59,336 nt of DNA, from IMG/VR virus record IMGVR_UViG_3300042507_008591, positions 1 to 59,336 of that record; one strand, 5' to 3'. This document shows, one piece after another, positions 38,234 to 47,294 of this stretch (positions within the stretch are counted from its first letter, which is position 1; every line of letters starts with the position of its first letter). This DNA comes from a virus. Its lineage: Duplodnaviria; Caudoviricetes. The position numbers and the translations under genes are program-made. The notes beneath the pieces are model-generated. The model saw nothing but the letters and a program-made list of their open reading frames with translations, had not been told where the DNA came from and searched no databases.

Positions 38234-40500
38234 AGTTTGTAATTTAGTGAAATTGAGATTGTTTTCTCGTTTATTGTGTTTATTAAATTCCTGTTCGGTA
38301 ACTTCTGATATAGAATCGTTCCTTGAGATAAAAAGTCAGTCAATCCGAGTTTAAACTCCATCTTTTTGGTTTTATATTGGACCGTCGCGTCTACGAGGTC
38401 CCTTCCGTTTTCATAAATGTCGGAGTATCCGTTGAATCCAACTGCTGATATTCTCTCCCCGATTCTATTGTAGAATAACGAAACAGAAATGTTTTTCTTG
38501 GTGTAGAATACACCTGTGTTAATTATGTATGGAGACTGACCTTGTAGTGGTCTTGTCATTCCATTTACTGTTACACTTGAGTTGATGTAACTTAAGTTTG
38601 TCGAAACCGTGAATTGTTCTCCGATTTTTTTTCTGAGCTCCATCTCACCACCGAACAACACAGCCTGATTTGGATTAGAATAAGTCAGAATCAAATTGCT
38701 TGGTGATGAACCATTAGCAACCACTTGTTCAATCGGGTTGTTAAAATGTTTGAAAAATACCGAGGTTGAGAAGTTTTCAGTTGGTGTGAAGAAACTCTCA
38801 TATCTTAAATCTACATTTGTAATCTTTGACTTCTCAAGATTTGGATTACCAATCACTTGAGCATTTCTTACAAAATCATAGAAAGCAAAATTGCTTACCT
38901 CCCTAAACTCAGGACGAGCAACCGTCTGACTTGTTGAAAATCTAAGGTTATTAGACTCGGTTAAGTTATAGTTCAAGTTTACTGAAGGAAGGAAGTCGAA
39001 ATAGTTTCTGAAGACTTGTATTTGTCTTCCGCTAAAATCAGCAGTGTTTACCAAAAAGTTTTGGTTTTCGTTTCTAAGACCTCCTGAGTAGTTAAGTCTT
39101 CCAACTTTACCGGTAAACATTACAAAACCCGCCAAGAGGTTTGACCCACCATTGTAACTATCAGTATTGTTTGTGATTTCACTCAAAGTTATTTTATCAC
39201 TATACCTGAACACTCTTGCGTCAAACATTCTAAGTTTGAATTGTTCAGTGATTCCCCAACTTAATTTTTTACCCGTAATATTGTAATGAGTTCCAAGTCC
39301 ATGTTCATTCATTTTAGACCAAAATCTGTAGGTGTCCCTCCATACAAAATTCATGGTGTCTTGTGAACCTAATGAACGAGCCAATGGAGTAATCCTGTAG
39401 TCAGGTTGATTACGGTTCATCCAAAAGTAATTCACTCCAAAAGTTTTGTTCAACCAAGTTTTTTCATATTGAGAAGTGTAGATGAACTTTTTATATCCAA
39501 TAGAGTTTGTGTAATCAAGTTCTTGTAGGTTGTCGTAATTCTCACCAGTTCTGTGAATAAAAAGATTCTCACCCTGATAATTGAATAGATTTCTTACCGT
39601 AAACTTCTTGGAACCAAGTAGAAAAGTCGGATTGAACATAACACTTAAGTTTTGTGTGTTTGTATTTACCCTGTCATTGTAATCATAAGTTAACTCCGTC
39701 AAAGACTGGTAGTCCCTCCTATTGGAGTAGGTAATTGAGTTTGAATTCCTGTAAATTACATTAGCGACGAATCCGAATCCACCTTCTTTCAAACGAACTC
39801 TATTAATGATAGAATAATTGAAGTTGAAGTTTAGAGGATTTGTTCTGTCTTGAATCTCAAAGGTTGTCGGAATCATTGAGGTGAAATATCTCCTTTCCTC
39901 GAGTGAACTCATCCTGAATTCTTTGGTCGTTGGAAAAAGATTTGGTAGGTCACTGAACTTCACATACTGACTTGGTTGAAAAGTAGACAAAGTACCATAA
40001 GATGTGCCAACAGAAAATGATTGACCAGCGTCGACAAATTCACTCTTTGTGTTGATTTGGATTACACCGCCAGCAAAGTCATTCGGTAGGTTAGCACTTG
40101 CCGTTTTGTTTACCATCATATTTTCCACAACATTACTTGGGATGATGTCAAATGAAAAAGCCCTTCTGTCAGGTTCGGTTGATGAAAGAAGGGCTCCATT
40201 AAGAAGTACTGAATTATATCGGTCGTTAAGTCCACGGATGATTACGAATCGGTCACCCTGAATGGTAAGACCCCCAACTCTTTTGAGTGTCTCACTTAAG
40301 TTTTTATCGGGACTTTTTTTAATTATTTCTTGGGACATCCCATCCACCATTGTCACACTGGTTTTTGCCTGAAGGTTTACAGAACCTTGGGATTCTCTTT
40401 TAAATGTTGTTTTTACTGTAACTTCTTCGAGTTGACCCTCCAAACCTGTAGTATCAACTTGTGACTGAAGTCCAAGTGATAGTAATATTGTTAATAGCAT
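38230..40500 (-). CDS. TonB-dependent receptor
   Basis: LEEVTV TonB box; plug IRGLNDRYN, DIIPS; RPEFRE, GNPNL; terminal LNYKL. Confidence 0.93.
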   Translation of the reverse strand: MLLTILLSLGLQSQVDTTGLEGQLEEVTVKTTFKRESQGSVNLQAKTSVTMVDGMSQEIIKKSPDKNLSETLKRVGGLTIQGDRFVIIRGLNDRYNSVLLNGALLSSTEPDRRAFSFDIIPSNVVENMMVNKTASANLPNDFAGGVIQINTKSEFVDAGQSFSVGTSYGTLSTFQPSQYVKFSDLPNLFPTTKEFRMSSLEERRYFTSMIPTTFEIQDRTNPLNFNFNYSIINRVRLKEGGFGFVANVIYRNSNSITYSNRRDYQSLTELTYDYNDRVNTNTQNLSVMFNPTFLLGSKKFTVRNLFNYQGENLFIHRTGENYDNLQELDYTNSIGYKKFIYTSQYEKTWLNKTFGVNYFWMNRNQPDYRITPLARSLGSQDTMNFVWRDTYRFWSKMNEHGLGTHYNITGKKLSWGITEQFKLRMFDARVFRYSDKITLSEITNNTDSYNGGSNLLAGFVMFTGKVGRLNYSGGLRNENQNFLVNTADFSGRQIQVFRNYFDFLPSVNLNYNLTESNNLRFSTSQTVARPEFREVSNFAFYDFVRNAQVIGNPNLEKSKITNVDLRYESFFTPTENFSTSVFFKHFNNPIEQVVANGSSPSNLILTYSNPNQAVLFGGEMELRKKIGEQFTVSTNLSYINSSVTVNGMTRPLQGQSPYIINTGVFYTKKNISVSLFYNRIGERISAVGFNGYSDIYENGRDLVDATVQYKTKKMEFKLGLTDFLSQGTILYQKLPNRNLINTINEKTISISLNYKL

Positions 40501-40553
40501 GGTTTTCTAAGTTTCACCGATAACTACAAGAACCCAATGTTAAGTTTTCTAAA

Positions 40554-40591
40554 ATGACAAAATCATAACGGAACCTTAACTTTGTATTAAC
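40554..40591 (-). promoter_or_regulatory. Pho-box-like array, four repeats at 11-bp period
   Basis: Minus strand GTTAA-n6-GTTAA-n6-GTTAT-n6-GTCAT upstream of the receptor. Confidence 0.65.
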
Positions 40592-40618
40592 AAAAACCCC
40601 CACTTTTCAGTGAGGGTT
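40592..40618 (-). terminator. Terminator-family hairpin
   Basis: AAAAACCCCCACTTTTCAGTGAGGGTT. Confidence 0.75.
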
Positions 40619-40624
40619 ACAATT

Positions 40625-41044
40625 TTAAATTAATTTGATTTCGAATCTGTTTTTCATTTGCTCTAACTTTTCTTCAGGTACTCCATGTTGATTTACTCCA
40701 CCATGTCGGTTTTCCACTACAACGGTAAATACCATATATCCATACTTTTCAGCTAATTTAAAATACTCTTCCATTTCCCACTCTTGAGTAAATGTATTGG
40801 ATACTACAATTTCAGGATAGTATTGTGGATTCAGTTCATTATCCTTCATACGGGTTTCAACCTCATCTCTACACCACTTATGGGCTTCTCTTAATTTACT
40901 TGCATCAAATACATAATGTCCTTCCAAATCATAAAAAAACTTATCAGCTTCACATATTGCATACTCATTCCAAATAAAATTTGCAAATGTTGATTTACCA
41001 CTTCCTGGTAATCCTCTTACTAACGTTAATATTTTTGGTATCAT
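40625..41044 (-). CDS. P-loop kinase, polynucleotide-kinase/AAA_33-like
   Basis: RGLPGSGKST, EAD, VVSNTF, HGVP. Confidence 0.85.
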   Translation of the reverse strand: MIPKILTLVRGLPGSGKSTFANFIWNEYAICEADKFFYDLEGHYVFDASKLREAHKWCRDEVETRMKDNELNPQYYPEIVVSNTFTQEWEMEEYFKLAEKYGYMVFTVVVENRHGGVNQHGVPEEKLEQMKNRFEIKLI

Positions 41045-41048
41045 AATT

Positions 41049-41696
41049 TTACAATCTTTTTTCGTGATGGTCTTTTGGTAAGGTTAATTTTCGGGAAGGA
41101 CGGTCCTTCATAATGTTACGGATTTCCTCAAAAGAAATCGGGTATAAATCATTTCCGTCCACTCCAACATCCATGGCTCTACCCTCGTTGATACGAAGGT
41201 TGGGTGGAAGGTGAACGTGTCCGTGAAGGTGAACAACACCGTCGTTCATTCCGTCCCATGAGGCAATGGGGTAGTGCATACACACCATAGAATATTTCAA
41301 AACCTCTTTGCCCATGGACTTGCGAATATCCAAGTGAAGGTAGTCCTGACAAGATGAAAAGATGTCTTGGATATCACCCTTGTTTCTACGGATGTGGTGG
41401 TCGTGGTTACCGAAAGTCAGGTGAATGTTCTTACAAAGAATCCGACTACGGAACTCAGCAATAGATTCAAATCCACCGAACGACCAATCACCCAAGTGAA
41501 TCAAGATATCGTTCTCACCCACCATCTCGTTGATTCTATTCACCAATGTATCGTTCATATGGTTCAAGGACTTATAATCACGGGTCAGGTTGTCAACACC
41601 CGTCCAATTGGTGGTGGCACGACAAATGTTTCCGTGGTTATAATGAGTGTCTGATGTGAAAAAAAGACCCTGTCCTTTTTCTAATACGATTTTCAT
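41049..41696 (-). CDS. Calcineurin-like metallophosphoesterase
   Basis: SDTH, LGD, GNHD, HYP, HGHVH. Confidence 0.92.
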   Translation of the reverse strand: MKIVLEKGQGLFFTSDTHYNHGNICRATTNWTGVDNLTRDYKSLNHMNDTLVNRINEMVGENDILIHLGDWSFGGFESIAEFRSRILCKNIHLTFGNHDHHIRRNKGDIQDIFSSCQDYLHLDIRKSMGKEVLKYSMVCMHYPIASWDGMNDGVVHLHGHVHLPPNLRINEGRAMDVGVDGNDLYPISFEEIRNIMKDRPSRKLTLPKDHHEKRL

Positions 41697-41717
41697 ACAA
41701 CAAAGATACGAATTGTT

Positions 41718-42791
41718 TTACAACTTACGAAATTCCGGCTTGATAATCTTCCAAATTATAGAAGAAATGTTTTTACCATCCAACATACCAAACAATATTG
41801 ATGGGTGTTGAAACATGACCGCACACTGAGCAAATAACTTTCTATTACCCAATCTTCTGATAGAATCAAAGTGGTTTTGGTATTCCTCTTCCAAGTTGTT
41901 AAACTGAATAATCAAAGATTTCTCATAGTCATTGATTTTGGAATAAAACTCATCAGGCACATCCTTCAACAAGTCATCCATATTACCACCGTTGGATAAT
42001 ACCTCCCAAACCGCAGTTGTCGACAGGTTGGTCATAACTTTATGGAGACGAACATATTCTTCAAACTTGATTTTCATCCTGAAGTTGCCAGGTTGGAATC
42101 TAAGAACAAAACCTTCTTTGTTGGTTTCGTTCTTTTCTTTCAACGACTTGTATAACTCATCAGAGAAGTTGAAGTGTTGTTCGGTTTTTACCAAATTATC
42201 TTTAACACCGTTAGCATGTAGAATCATCTTTGCGGTAGTCCAGTGTAGTTCAGTGTCGTCCGTTGGTTTCCATTTCCAACTCTCATTCAAAACCACAGAT
42301 AAAAAAGTTACCTTTTCCTCACCGTAGTCAACAACGATACGGTTTTCAGGGTAGATGATTTCTACCAAGTAAGCATATTCCTTAGCCCATGAACCCAAGA
42401 AATACTTAGATTTAACAATCTCAAGACCTTTTATGGCTTGTTCAGAGGTAAATGAACCACGAGTTGCCATAATCCATTCATCTTTGTAGTTGAAAAGAAT
42501 ACCCAAGGACCCATCCATCTTTTCTTGGATGTACACATAGTCACCTTTTGTAGGTATCATACCCTTTCCAACAACCTCCTCGTAATTAAAGAACTTATTG
42601 AAAGGGCGAACCAAAATCGTACCGGTAGTATCTTCAGTAATTAAACCTCGACATTGCAGAGTCACCTCGTCCCACAGTCCCTCATACTGAACCTTTTCAG
42701 TGTAGTTCCATATAGTCAATGGAAGGGTTGGGTGAGTTTGTTTGTACAACAACCCATCTTCATAGTACCGGTGTAAAGTCTCTAAGTTCAT
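41718..42791 (-). CDS. T4 Rnl1-like RNA ligase (start moved to MNLETL)
   Basis: CRGLI, PFNKFFNY, motif I EKMDGS, ATRGSF, EGFVLR, MKIKFEEY. Confidence 0.9.
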   Translation of the reverse strand: MNLETLHRYYEDGLLYKQTHPTLPLTIWNYTEKVQYEGLWDEVTLQCRGLITEDTTGTILVRPFNKFFNYEEVVGKGMIPTKGDYVYIQEKMDGSLGILFNYKDEWIMATRGSFTSEQAIKGLEIVKSKYFLGSWAKEYAYLVEIIYPENRIVVDYGEEKVTFLSVVLNESWKWKPTDDTELHWTTAKMILHANGVKDNLVKTEQHFNFSDELYKSLKEKNETNKEGFVLRFQPGNFRMKIKFEEYVRLHKVMTNLSTTAVWEVLSNGGNMDDLLKDVPDEFYSKINDYEKSLIIQFNNLEEEYQNHFDSIRRLGNRKLFAQCAVMFQHPSILFGMLDGKNISSIIWKIIKPEFRKL

Positions 42792-42822
42792 ACGACAAAG
42801 ATACAAAAAATCTACTGAATAA

Positions 42823-42850
42823 AAAAACCCCCACCTTTTTAGGGGTGGGG
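42823..42850 (-). terminator. Terminator hairpin; left copy of a 28-bp direct repeat
   Basis: AAAAACCCCCACCTTTTTAGGGGTGGGG. Confidence 0.8.
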
Positions 42851-42867
42851 TAATAAATCTTTGAATT

Positions 42868-43827
42868 TTATTGGTTAGAAACCTCAAAATACATCCCACA
42901 TTTTTCTATTTGATTCAACCGAAAAAATTGATTTTCAGGTTTAATAGTCCCCTTGTACAACAATGACTTGAAATACTCAGGGTTTTGAGTTAAATGAAAT
43001 ATATCACCATCTTCCCCAAAAATCAAAAAGTTTTCATGTTTGTTCGAACTATTAATGAAAATGTGTGTTAAGTTACTAATTTCCCACTTTTTCAAATTTA
43101 ACTTCCCATCTTCAATAACCCCATCTAAGATGTTGTCAAAATATTCATCGTTGAAAAGGTTTTTAGGAAATTGTTGACAAAGCCAAGTTTCAAGAATGTC
43201 TCTTGTTTGTGTTGAGTTGAGTTTCAATCTTTCGACTTCACTATTAAAATGTTTAATAGCCTTTTGGTTCATTAACTGACCATACAGTACCGATTTGAAA
43301 ACGAATGGGTTCATACCGTATTCTCCAAATTTATTCAACATAATCCTATTCAAATCAATCCCACTCACATCAGTGTAGAGTCTTGGTGTCCCCCCTTTGA
43401 TATTTTTGGTTCCGTAGTTTTTATGATGAATATCATTTTTTGATGGTTTAGTAACAGTATTGTGAAGGGTCAATAATAACATAAGTTCAAATTCCCCTGT
43501 GTGAGCATTCGGTGTTCCAATTGGGGGTGTTTCCAAAATAAGTGACTCAACAATTGGTTTGTATTGGAGTTTGGTTAGATAGTCCCAAAGATTGTATCTG
43601 TATTGTTTGTCTCCGTTTAAAAACTCGTCTGAAGACCATATCTTACCTTGAGTACAATCGGAAACAAAATTTTCTAAAATGTTCAAGTCGGCTTCAGAAA
43701 AATTGAGAGCTGAAAAAATGGACCTTTGACACTTAAGTTTAGCCTTTTTGCCTTTTTGCGAAGAAAACTTCAATAAATTATACAGTGTTTTAGATAAACG
43801 GTTTAAATCGGCTCGTGTAGCTTCCAT
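42868..43827 (-). CDS. Hypothetical protein, candidate restriction endonuclease
   Basis: Adjacent to an MTase; GEFE...NDI...NIK only loosely fits PD-(D/E)xK. Confidence 0.45.
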   Translation of the reverse strand: MEATRADLNRLSKTLYNLLKFSSQKGKKAKLKCQRSIFSALNFSEADLNILENFVSDCTQGKIWSSDEFLNGDKQYRYNLWDYLTKLQYKPIVESLILETPPIGTPNAHTGEFELMLLLTLHNTVTKPSKNDIHHKNYGTKNIKGGTPRLYTDVSGIDLNRIMLNKFGEYGMNPFVFKSVLYGQLMNQKAIKHFNSEVERLKLNSTQTRDILETWLCQQFPKNLFNDEYFDNILDGVIEDGKLNLKKWEISNLTHIFINSSNKHENFLIFGEDGDIFHLTQNPEYFKSLLYKGTIKPENQFFRLNQIEKCGMYFEVSNQ

Positions 43828-43902
43828 GAAGAAAATTATTAATTTTCAACAAAGGTAATACACACGAATGTTAAATCCAAATAAATCTAAAAATATTTTC
43901 AT

Positions 43903-45156
43903 CTATATCTCGAAAGGTAACGATGAAAAAGCGGTTGGTGTAAATGAGACTTTGTTGTTGGAATACATATTAGCCTCAGATAGGATTTCTTTAAATTGAT
44001 AACTATTAAGATAATCGGTCATTAGTTGTAAATCAAGATTAAGGTTATTTTTTGGGAATAAAGCAAACACACCTCCCGAAAAATACGTTTTAGGCTCACC
44101 AATCCAAAAAGGGTTTAAATCTCTTGTTTTCATTAAACCATATATTCGTGGTCTATCGGATTTCATAAGTTCTAAATTTCTCAGAGCCCCATAATGCCAC
44201 CAATTTTTAACACCAAACTTTTTTATTTTTCTTTTTAAGAGAACTTCTTTTTTTGAAAGAATATATTCACGTGTTCTTTTTGGGATATTATCTACAGATG
44301 AATACTTATCCAAAAATAAATAATTCTGTAAAGTCTTGCTCGTAGTGACCATTTGTATGATACATTCATTTTCCAAAGTTGTATCATTATCTAACTTGAA
44401 TACAGGCTCAGAACCTGTGACAAGACCAACTTTAACATCAAAATAATCAGATATCTTATTTGATGTTCGTTTATTTATCACAAAACTTACCGTTTTACCA
44501 TAAATTGTTTTTTTATCTTTGTATGTGTTAGAATGGAAATCTTCAATTGAGTCATAATATTTTGTTTTACCATTATACCCTCTTTGATAACGAAAAATAC
44601 ATAAGGCTGGAACATCAGCATCGTCAAAAAGTTTTTCTTCTCCACAATCAATAAAATGAGTGAAATCACCATTTACTTTCAAATAGTCCCTTAAAAATTG
44701 CGAACTTGTGTTGTATAACCACTCTTTTGGAACAATGAATATTATTTCACCATTGTCTTCTAAGACTTCTATAGAATATTTTATAAACAAATAATAAAGA
44801 TTTCCATTACCTTTTATTTTTTCAGGTAATAAATCAATGGTACTAAGTTCAACATTTTTAAGCTTAACAAATGGTGGATTCCCGATGACAGATGAGTATT
44901 TTTTATTATTTTTTATGTAATCAAAAAAATTACTCACGGTAATCTCTGATTGACAAACTTTTGTTTCAACTTTTTCGTAATCCAACTCACAAGCATAAAT
45001 TTTTTTGTCATGAACTTTTTCGACCGCATTTATAATATGCCCGGAACCTGCAGATGGTTCAAAAACATCACCTCTGTTTTGGATTAGAGATACCAACACA
45101 TTTAAAACTTTCTCTTTTGTTGTAAAGAACTGACCCCTTTGTTTTTTAATATCCAT
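43903..45156 (-). CDS. N6-adenine DNA methyltransferase, gamma class
   Basis: GQFFT, FEPSAGSG (motif I) before GNPPF (motif IV); C-terminal recognition region. Confidence 0.9.
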   Translation of the reverse strand: MDIKKQRGQFFTTKEKVLNVLVSLIQNRGDVFEPSAGSGHIINAVEKVHDKKIYACELDYEKVETKVCQSEITVSNFFDYIKNNKKYSSVIGNPPFVKLKNVELSTIDLLPEKIKGNGNLYYLFIKYSIEVLEDNGEIIFIVPKEWLYNTSSQFLRDYLKVNGDFTHFIDCGEEKLFDDADVPALCIFRYQRGYNGKTKYYDSIEDFHSNTYKDKKTIYGKTVSFVINKRTSNKISDYFDVKVGLVTGSEPVFKLDNDTTLENECIIQMVTTSKTLQNYLFLDKYSSVDNIPKRTREYILSKKEVLLKRKIKKFGVKNWWHYGALRNLELMKSDRPRIYGLMKTRDLNPFWIGEPKTYFSGGVFALFPKNNLNLDLQLMTDYLNSYQFKEILSEANMYSNNKVSFTPTAFSSLPFEI

Positions 45157-45237
45157 ACCTAAATATACAACAAAATTTTATTATAACAAACTATAAATAT
45201 CATCTTCATTTCATATAGTGTATTTTCAAATCAAACT

Positions 45238-45266
45238 AAAAACCCCCACCTTTTTAAGGGTGGGGG
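45238..45266 (-). terminator. Terminator hairpin; right copy of the direct repeat
   Basis: AAAAACCCCCACCTTTTTAAGGGTGGGGG, one mismatch to 42823-42850. Confidence 0.8.
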
Positions 45267-45267
45267 C

Positions 45268-45453
45268 GTTGGGCTGAAGGGGTAAGAATTATTTTAAAGG
45301 AGTTTTGAGGTTATTGATTCTCTCTTTAACGAATTTTGAGTCCGAGTGAATTTGTGAATTTTGACTTTCAATCCCGACATCACTTATCTTACTTTAGTAG
45401 TTTAATGGTAGAACTTTGCTAGTCCGAAATTCTCCACCCAATCAGTCACCAAC
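45268..45453 (-). ncRNA. Candidate ~186-nt ncRNA with terminal stem and internal repeats
   Basis: 5' GUUGGUGACUGAUUGGGUGGAGAAUU pairs with 3' AAUUCUUACCCCUUCAGCCCAAC; UCAAAAYUC three times; UCGGACU twice. Confidence 0.6.
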
Positions 45454-45454
45454 T

Positions 45455-45892
45455 TTAGATTTCAGTGGTTCCGTTGTGGATGTCCAACTCATCTTGGATT
45501 CGTTCAATCTCTTGTTCATACCAAGAGACGAGGTTATCCATCTCAACTTTGGTGATGACGGTAGTTTTCACCACACTTGCGGATTCACCGTAACGTTGAT
45601 GTGTTGAAGTCTTACCCTCAGAACAGTCAATACCACGAAGGTACTTAACCAATCCCTTGAGTTCCGACAAACGGAAAATTTTATGGTAAACGTTTTGGTT
45701 TGCCATGTGGATACGGGTCTTGAGAAGTGCCAAGTCCGAAACCACCTTCTGAAGTTTATCCATGTCTTCCTTGGGGTCGTAAGAGCGAATAGCTCCTTCT
45801 TCCACAGAGTTGTACTTTTGGATACGCGTCACCAACTCTTGAATCGACTTGGCGAGTTTGTTTTTCTCTTTGAGTGCTTGTTTTACTGTCAT
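45455..45892 (-). CDS. DIP1984-family-like coiled-coil protein
   Basis: QAL..K..L...I..L..RI...NSV.EG....DP, I..AN, IQDELD.HN..TEI pattern. Confidence 0.7.
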   Translation of the reverse strand: MTVKQALKEKNKLAKSIQELVTRIQKYNSVEEGAIRSYDPKEDMDKLQKVVSDLALLKTRIHMANQNVYHKIFRLSELKGLVKYLRGIDCSEGKTSTHQRYGESASVVKTTVITKVEMDNLVSWYEQEIERIQDELDIHNGTTEI

Positions 45893-45893
45893 G

Positions 45894-46178
45894 TTATTTG
45901 AAAATTAAATGAATAAAGTTTGAAACGAAAAGTCCGATACCGAATGCCATAATCTGAATCGATACTCCATAAGAACCAAAAGCACCGAATCGGTTGGTGT
46001 GAATATCAATAAACATTTTCTCGCACTCTTGGATTTCTTCAGGGGATTTTGCCAACGAGATTTTCTCATCGAGTTGAACTTGGAGTTTATCTTCTTTACG
46101 TGCCATGTACGCCCTGACACCCCACGCGGCAATCAAGGTCAACCACCCAAGAAGATTTATAATATCAATTGTTGTCAT
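45894..46178 (-). CDS. Two-TM membrane protein co-transcribed with the DIP1984-like gene
   Basis: TM at both ends; 1-bp gap to the next gene; host-type promoter upstream. Confidence 0.65.
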   Translation of the reverse strand: MTTIDIINLLGWLTLIAAWGVRAYMARKEDKLQVQLDEKISLAKSPEEIQECEKMFIDIHTNRFGAFGSYGVSIQIMAFGIGLFVSNFIHLIFK

Positions 46179-46258
46179 AGTAAAAAGGGTTTTAAAGTGT
46201 AAAAATACAAATAAAAAACCGACCAGTCAAATTTTTTGATGACATAGTTTTCAACAAT

Positions 46259-47128
46259 CTATTCTTCTTCTTTTTTAAAATCCAACACTTGTTGACGTTT
46301 CTGTTGAACAAAGAACCCAACCCTTTCATTGGCAACCTTGCAGTAGTTTGGACTAAGTTCAATACCAATCCAACGACGATTAAGAGTCTCGGCAGCAACC
46401 ATCGAGGTACCCGAGCCAGCAAATGGGTCCAACACCAAGTCATTCTTGTAGGTCAAGATTTTGATTGCCTTAGTCGGAATATCCATTGAGAAGGTTGCCT
46501 TGGTAAGACTTCTTGTATCGGCAAAGTAATGCCACTGACCAAATACCAAATCAATAAACTCACGTTTTTGTTCCTCAGTGTAGAAAGTCTTTGGTTTCAT
46601 AACACCATTCTTGTCCTCACGTTCCCCAAGTTCACCAACCCACTCAGGTTCACCCTTAACTTTCTTGATGTGGTTCTTCTTGTAAGCCAAGATGACACAT
46701 TCCTTTGGATTATAGATGTACGGGGCAGATGGACTCATCCAAGACCCCCAAGCTGTGGTACGACTTCTGTGTGGAGACTCTTCTTCCAAGTCAACAACCC
46801 CGAAGAACTTGTAACCAATTTTCTTCATAATCTGCCAAATCTCAGAGACCATAAAGATACGACCTCCCTTAGCTTGACGGTTAATCTCATAAGGGATGTT
46901 CAAGGCAATCCTTCCGTCGTCTTTAAGGACTCGGTATGCTTGTTCCATCCACGAATATGTAAATTTTACATATTCCTCCCAAACCATATCATCTTCGTGG
47001 ACATCATAATCGATACCAACACCATAGGGTGGTGAGGTAACAATCAAATCCACAGAACCTTCTTCCATGGTCTTCATAACTTCGATACAGTCACCATTGA
47101 CGACTTTACCGATATAATCTTCATTCAT
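46259..47128 (-). CDS. N4-cytosine/N6-adenine DNA methyltransferase, beta class, orphan
   Basis: VTSPPY before VLDPFAGSGTS, GIEL. Confidence 0.92.
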   Translation of the reverse strand: MNEDYIGKVVNGDCIEVMKTMEEGSVDLIVTSPPYGVGIDYDVHEDDMVWEEYVKFTYSWMEQAYRVLKDDGRIALNIPYEINRQAKGGRIFMVSEIWQIMKKIGYKFFGVVDLEEESPHRSRTTAWGSWMSPSAPYIYNPKECVILAYKKNHIKKVKGEPEWVGELGEREDKNGVMKPKTFYTEEQKREFIDLVFGQWHYFADTRSLTKATFSMDIPTKAIKILTYKNDLVLDPFAGSGTSMVAAETLNRRWIGIELSPNYCKVANERVGFFVQQKRQQVLDFKKEEE

Positions 47129-47294
47129 TATTAATAAATTCTTTTATAAATTTCACAACGACAAAGATAAACATCAAGGGCCAAATCAGAGCCATGAGAA
47201 ATCTTTCCCAGTTAGTGAGTTGATAGGGGGTATTAAAAGTCAACCAATCCATGAACCATGATACAAGAATACCCATCAATAGGTAAAATATCAT
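47121..47294 (-). CDS. Small membrane protein (57 aa), not in ORF track
   Basis: MIFYLLMGILVSWF...LIWPLMFIFVVV; overlaps both neighbours. Confidence 0.6.
   Translation of the reverse strand: MIFYLLMGILVSWFMDWLTFNTPYQLTNWERFLMALIWPLMFIFVVVKFIKEFINNE

Noticed and set aside
42792-42899. N-terminal extension of the RNA ligase
   Set aside because: Runs through a terminator and a promoter; the likely start is 42791.
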